From the NCBI GenBank assembly GCA_021802485.1, contig JAJZXF010000004.1:1162-65161 (forward strand): 64,000 bases of DNA. The letters run 5' to 3'. The DNA comes from Actinomycetes bacterium (lineage in GTDB: Bacteria; Actinomycetota; Acidimicrobiia; Acidimicrobiales; JAJZXF01). This document shows positions 60,879 to 64,000 of the stretch, in pieces. The notes beneath the pieces are model-generated. The model had not been told where the DNA came from. It saw only the letters and a program-made list of their open reading frames with translations, and ran no database searches. Positions within the stretch are counted from its first letter, which is position 1. Each line of letters begins with the position of its first letter. The position numbers and the translations under genes were made by a program.

Positions 60879-61855
60879 CTCTTCTTGGATTCGGCAGCCA
60901 CTTTGACCAGGCTGTCGCCAGCTTGCAGCGTCGGGTTCTCCCGTATACCGATTGTGACTTTGCCGTCTCGAACCATGCCAAGGAGAAGCCCGTCCATCTC
61001 GGCTCGCACGGCTCGCAGCTTCGATCCTATGAACTCTTCTGCGACGGGAGTCTCCGTGAGGCGGTAGCCGTCGTCGTCGATGAGCCTCATCAGCACGTCG
61101 CCTGCGTGCGGAGCCTCAAGGCTCTTTGCAAGCGCATGTCCCAAGAGCTCCTCTGTCGAGACCGTGCGGCGAACTCCGAGGTCGCTCAGCGCATGCGCGA
61201 CGGCTGCAGACTGCGCGAGTGCGATGACCGGCGCCTCGGGAGCGACGTGGCGGACCAGCACCGCGGTGACAAGCACCTCTCCATCATCTTGGGAGATCAA
61301 CAAGACAGCCTCAGCAGCTTCGGGCTTGGTCGCTCTCACGATTCCCTCGTCCGAAGGTGAGCCAGGGATATGGTGCACATGTGACGGGAGTGCAGAGGAT
61401 TCGACGTCAGCGGCCACAACCACTTCATAGCCAGCGCTTTTGAGCTGTCGGGAGACGAGCGGGATTGTCGGGTGCATGCCAAGCAGCACGACGTAACGTC
61501 CGGGTGGCAGATGATGCTGCATCTTCAACAACCTATTCAATCGTGTGGAGGTCGCGATCGCAGCAAGGAGCGCGAACGCGGCTCCAAAGAGCGGGATGGC
61601 CGTAAGCATAACAGCCACGGCTATTATGCGACCCGCGCCATTGTGAGGGCTGACGTCGCCGTATCCGACCGTCGTCGCGGTGGTTACCGCCCAGTAAAGT
61701 CCGGTCCATACTGCAACGTGCTCTGCCAAAGCGAACGCTACGCCGCCTGCGATAACGGCCAGGACGCCGAGCAGCACGACGGTGACGATCTGCGAACGTG
61801 TCACCTTTCCTAGCAGCATTGCCAGGATGGTGAGCACGTGTCCTCCTTTCTGCAA
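60875..61855 (-). CDS. Two-TM potassium channel with C-terminal RCK/TrkA-N domain
   Basis: 326 aa. The selectivity filter is WAVTTATTVGYGDVSP. This is followed by the Rossmann-like VVLLGMHPTIPLVSRQL... region. Confidence 0.85.
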   Translation of the reverse strand: MQKGGHVLTILAMLLGKVTRSQIVTVVLLGVLAVIAGGVAFALAEHVAVWTGLYWAVTTATTVGYGDVSPHNGAGRIIAVAVMLTAIPLFGAAFALLAAIATSTRLNRLLKMQHHLPPGRYVVLLGMHPTIPLVSRQLKSAGYEVVVAADVESSALPSHVHHIPGSPSDEGIVRATKPEAAEAVLLISQDDGEVLVTAVLVRHVAPEAPVIALAQSAAVAHALSDLGVRRTVSTEELLGHALAKSLEAPHAGDVLMRLIDDDGYRLTETPVAEEFIGSKLRAVRAEMDGLLLGMVRDGKVTIGIRENPTLQAGDSLVKVAAESKKS

Positions 61856-61896
61856 ACTCGGCCAGCGCGTGGTCTTTCAGCGAGTGTAGCTCACAG

Positions 61897-62445
61897 CTAC
61901 TTTGTCGTTTGCTCCGCGCTCGCGTTCAAAGCGTCCAGCTTTGCGAGAAGGGAATCGAGCACCTGATCCTGGCTTGCTAGATGGCTTTGTATCTGTACCG
62001 CTTCGTGCAGGACTGCGGCAGCGTCTTCATAGGTCGCCTCCGAACGCTTGTCTGCAGCAGCAGCCAGCACGTTCTGGCCCACGATAATCACCGATAGGAG
62101 CACCAGCTGCAGGAACGTCTGCGATATCCATGAGACCAGCACGACCGGGTTGTGAGATGCGATCGCAGATGGCAGCGACACGATCGCGAGCGCAGCGAAA
62201 GCGTAGGCACACCACATGGTGCCGACGCCGCCGGTGACCTTCACCGCCAGCCACGCATTGAACCTGGTCATGTTGTTGTGCCGCTGGAGTTGGTCCGCTA
62301 TGTGCACCGGCCCAGGGTCTTGGACTGAGAGTCGTTGTGTTGTCCGGGGGTGCTGTTCGTAAGCATAAGCCGTTCCGTCTTCCATTTCCCATCGTCCCTT
62401 CGTGCTCCTTTGTCCGACTGTGGGCAAAGCCTGCCAACAGTCCAA
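61897..62445 (-). CDS. DUF1003-like membrane protein
   Basis: ...FNAWLAVKVTGGVGTMWCAYAFAALAIV...VLVSWISQTFLQLVLLSVIIVGQNV...DKRSEATYEDA... plus a C-terminal coiled coil. The true start is possibly MEDGTAY (62385). Confidence 0.6.
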   Translation of the reverse strand: MDCWQALPTVGQRSTKGRWEMEDGTAYAYEQHPRTTQRLSVQDPGPVHIADQLQRHNNMTRFNAWLAVKVTGGVGTMWCAYAFAALAIVSLPSAIASHNPVVLVSWISQTFLQLVLLSVIIVGQNVLAAAADKRSEATYEDAAAVLHEAVQIQSHLASQDQVLDSLLAKLDALNASAEQTTK

Positions 62446-62555
62446 TACACGCCCAATACCTTGGCAGCGATCAAGCCAGCGGTCCAGCGGTCTTGCATGG
62501 GCTCTGGGTGCTCAGGATGCACTGGCGCGGGAAACAGCGACGAGCGCACTAGTTT

Positions 62556-63734
62556 GTGGATGTAGTGGACATCGTAGACATCATCCTTGCCGTTCTGATC
62601 ATCCTCTCCTTTATCCATGGGATCCGCCTCGGAGCTGCTGTGCAGGTTCTCAGCTTCGGGGGTCTCCTCGCTGGTTTGGTAGCGGGCTCGTTTCTCGCGC
62701 CATCGGCCGCCTCCATCGTTTCGGGATCTACAGCGAAGTCCATCGTCGCGCTCGTCGTCGTGTTCTTGATGGCTGCGGTTCTCGGAGCCGTCGGACGCTT
62801 GGTGGGCCTGAAGATCGTGCCGTACGTAAGGATGATTGGCTTGCGCCCCCTTGACTCGCTGCTTGGCGCCGCTGTAGCGGTCCTTGCCACCCTGACGGTT
62901 GCCTGGTTGCTCTCGGGGCTTCTCGTGACCCAGCGTTTCCCTGCGCTGAGCCGGGACATCCAGCGGTCCGTGATACTGCACGAGATGGACAGCGTCCTGC
63001 CTCCGACGCCGTCGTGGATCTCGCGCCTGCAGAGCCTGGTGGACTCGAAGGGGTTTCCTTCGGTGTTCGCCAACCTGATTCCCGAGGTCGCCCCACCCGT
63101 GAAGGTCGCTGGAGGTCCACAGGTCGCGAAAGCGGTGGCAGCTGATGAGGCTTCGACCGTAAAGGTGGTAGGTGCTGGTTGTGGGCAGATCCAGGAAGGT
63201 TCGGGATTTGTGGTCGCGCCAGGTCTTGTTTTGACGAACGCCCATGTCGTTGCAGGCATAGCGCACCCTTATGTGGTGGATGCAGCAGGACAGCACCGTA
63301 GTGTGGCCGTCTACTTCGACCCGAGGTTCGACCTGTCGCTCCTGCGGGTTCCAGGACTTGCTGACCCGCCATTGCACATTCTCGGGTCGAAGGTCCCCCG
63401 AGGCACGATAGCCGCGGTACTCGGGTATCCAGAAGGTGGTCCGTTCAATGCAAGGCCAGCAGGGGTCATGGCGGAGTTCATGGCTCAAGGACGTGACATC
63501 TACGGCCAAGGGTTGACCGATCGCCATGTCTACGAGGTGCAGGCGGTGGTACAGCCGGGGAACTCTGGTGGCCCGCTCGTAGAGCCAAACGGCTCCGTTA
63601 TCGGCGTGGTCTTTTCCCGCTCGGTGACCAACCCCAACATCGGATTCGCGCTGGCGTCACCCGGGGTGCTTTCCAGGGTCACAAAGGCTGAGAAGTCGAC
63701 AACTCCGAGTGGTACGGGTTCGTGCATTCCTTGA
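62556..63734 (+). CDS. MarP-like membrane serine protease (CvpA-type 4-TM domain fused to a trypsin-like S1 domain)
   Basis: 392 aa. N-terminal CvpA-like TM region. The protease domain has GSGFVVAPGLVLTNAHVV (His), FDLSLLRV (Asp) and QPGNSGGPLV (Ser). Confidence 0.85.
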   Translation: MDVVDIVDIILAVLIILSFIHGIRLGAAVQVLSFGGLLAGLVAGSFLAPSAASIVSGSTAKSIVALVVVFLMAAVLGAVGRLVGLKIVPYVRMIGLRPLDSLLGAAVAVLATLTVAWLLSGLLVTQRFPALSRDIQRSVILHEMDSVLPPTPSWISRLQSLVDSKGFPSVFANLIPEVAPPVKVAGGPQVAKAVAADEASTVKVVGAGCGQIQEGSGFVVAPGLVLTNAHVVAGIAHPYVVDAAGQHRSVAVYFDPRFDLSLLRVPGLADPPLHILGSKVPRGTIAAVLGYPEGGPFNARPAGVMAEFMAQGRDIYGQGLTDRHVYEVQAVVQPGNSGGPLVEPNGSVIGVVFSRSVTNPNIGFALASPGVLSRVTKAEKSTTPSGTGSCIP

Positions 63735-63954
63735 CGCGATTGTCTGAAGGTGCGTTGCCTGGTGCCTCGCGCAGTTGTGGGAGGCTTAGAATTCCTTGGC
63801 AAGCGCGCCAGCGTGCATCCCGCGGCGCCTGTCTACTATCGCAGCTGGAAAGAATAGGGCAGTCAACCACCCCACGGCTAGAGCCGGGGGCTTGAGGGAA
63901 TGTCCCCCAAGTCCAGGTTGACCAGACCAAGATATCGAAAAGGAGGTGAACAAG

Positions 63955-64000
63955 ATGTCTACGTTGTACGAAAGCGAGAAGACCCACCAGCAGATGCTTC
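63955..64000 (+). CDS. Start of an unidentified gene (5' end only)
   Basis: The ATG lies 6 nt after AAAGGAGGTGA and gives MSTLYESEKTHQQML..., running off the window. This is too short to identify. Confidence 0.3.
   Translation, partial: MSTLYESEKTHQQML

Noticed and set aside
1-64000. Looked for CRISPR arrays, rRNA or tRNA genes, and long direct repeats.
   Set aside because: No spaced short-repeat arrays and no rRNA or tRNA hallmark sequences were seen by eye. The only tandem repeats are the 72-bp fliK repeat and the 17-bp TA operator repeat. A tRNAscan, Infernal or CRISPR-finder run would be needed for certainty.

Overview
This is a high-GC (roughly 60%) bacterial chromosomal window. Gene content suggests a monoderm, Actinomycetota-like organism: there are no L/P-ring genes, there is a MarP-like protease, and several promoters look leaderless. 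That taxonomic guess is inference only.

The window has four blocks.

(1) 1-1150: a LysR regulator (running off the left edge) and a divergent membrane protein.

(2) 1.4-28.9 kb: a nearly complete, tightly packed flagellar locus with many ATGA/TGATG overlaps.
- Plus strand: flhA, an flhF-like gene, a small 2-TM ORF, and csrA.
- Minus strand: fliW, flgL, flgK, flgN, flhB, fliR/Q/P/O, fliN, fliM, fliL, motB/A, flbD, flgE, flgD, fliK, an NlpC/P60-SLT wall hydrolase, fliJ/I/H/G/F/E, flgC and flgB.
- No flagellin, fliD/S, sigma-28, flgM or che genes lie in the window.

(3) 29.2-37.8 kb: a decayed accessory island. It holds a PIN remnant, a frameshifted AAA_21 ATPase, and IS30-, IS4/IS1634-, TnpB- and DDE-transposase remnants. 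Only two modules look intact: a translationally coupled TPR-4TM / TPR-AAA+ unfoldase pair, and a toxin-first RHH toxin-antitoxin pair.

(4) 37.8-64 kb:
- A cbi-type (early cobalt insertion) cobalamin cluster. Its divergent units are separated by a lone, apparently intact tnpB element whose stop codon overlaps the cobO start.
- kdpFABC, with no kdpDE.
- A 1021-aa polytopic membrane protein and a YdbS/YdbT-like PH-domain pair.
- An RCK K+ channel, a DUF1003 protein and a MarP-like protease.

The best leads are:
- the orphan TPR-4TM/TPR-AAA+ pair in the island;
- the tnpB element wired in as first cistron of the cob operon, next to a candidate B12 riboswitch;
- a shared sigma-28-like motif in front of five flagellar units;
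- a GTPase-dead FlhF homologue;
- an operon-embedded bifunctional wall hydrolase;
- an unexplained 889-nt non-coding gap inside the flagellar operon.

All calls come from reading the sequence and the supplied ORF translations, with no database search. The ORF track uses GTG/TTG starts, so several starts were re-picked from RBS position or coupling and remain uncertain by a few codons.
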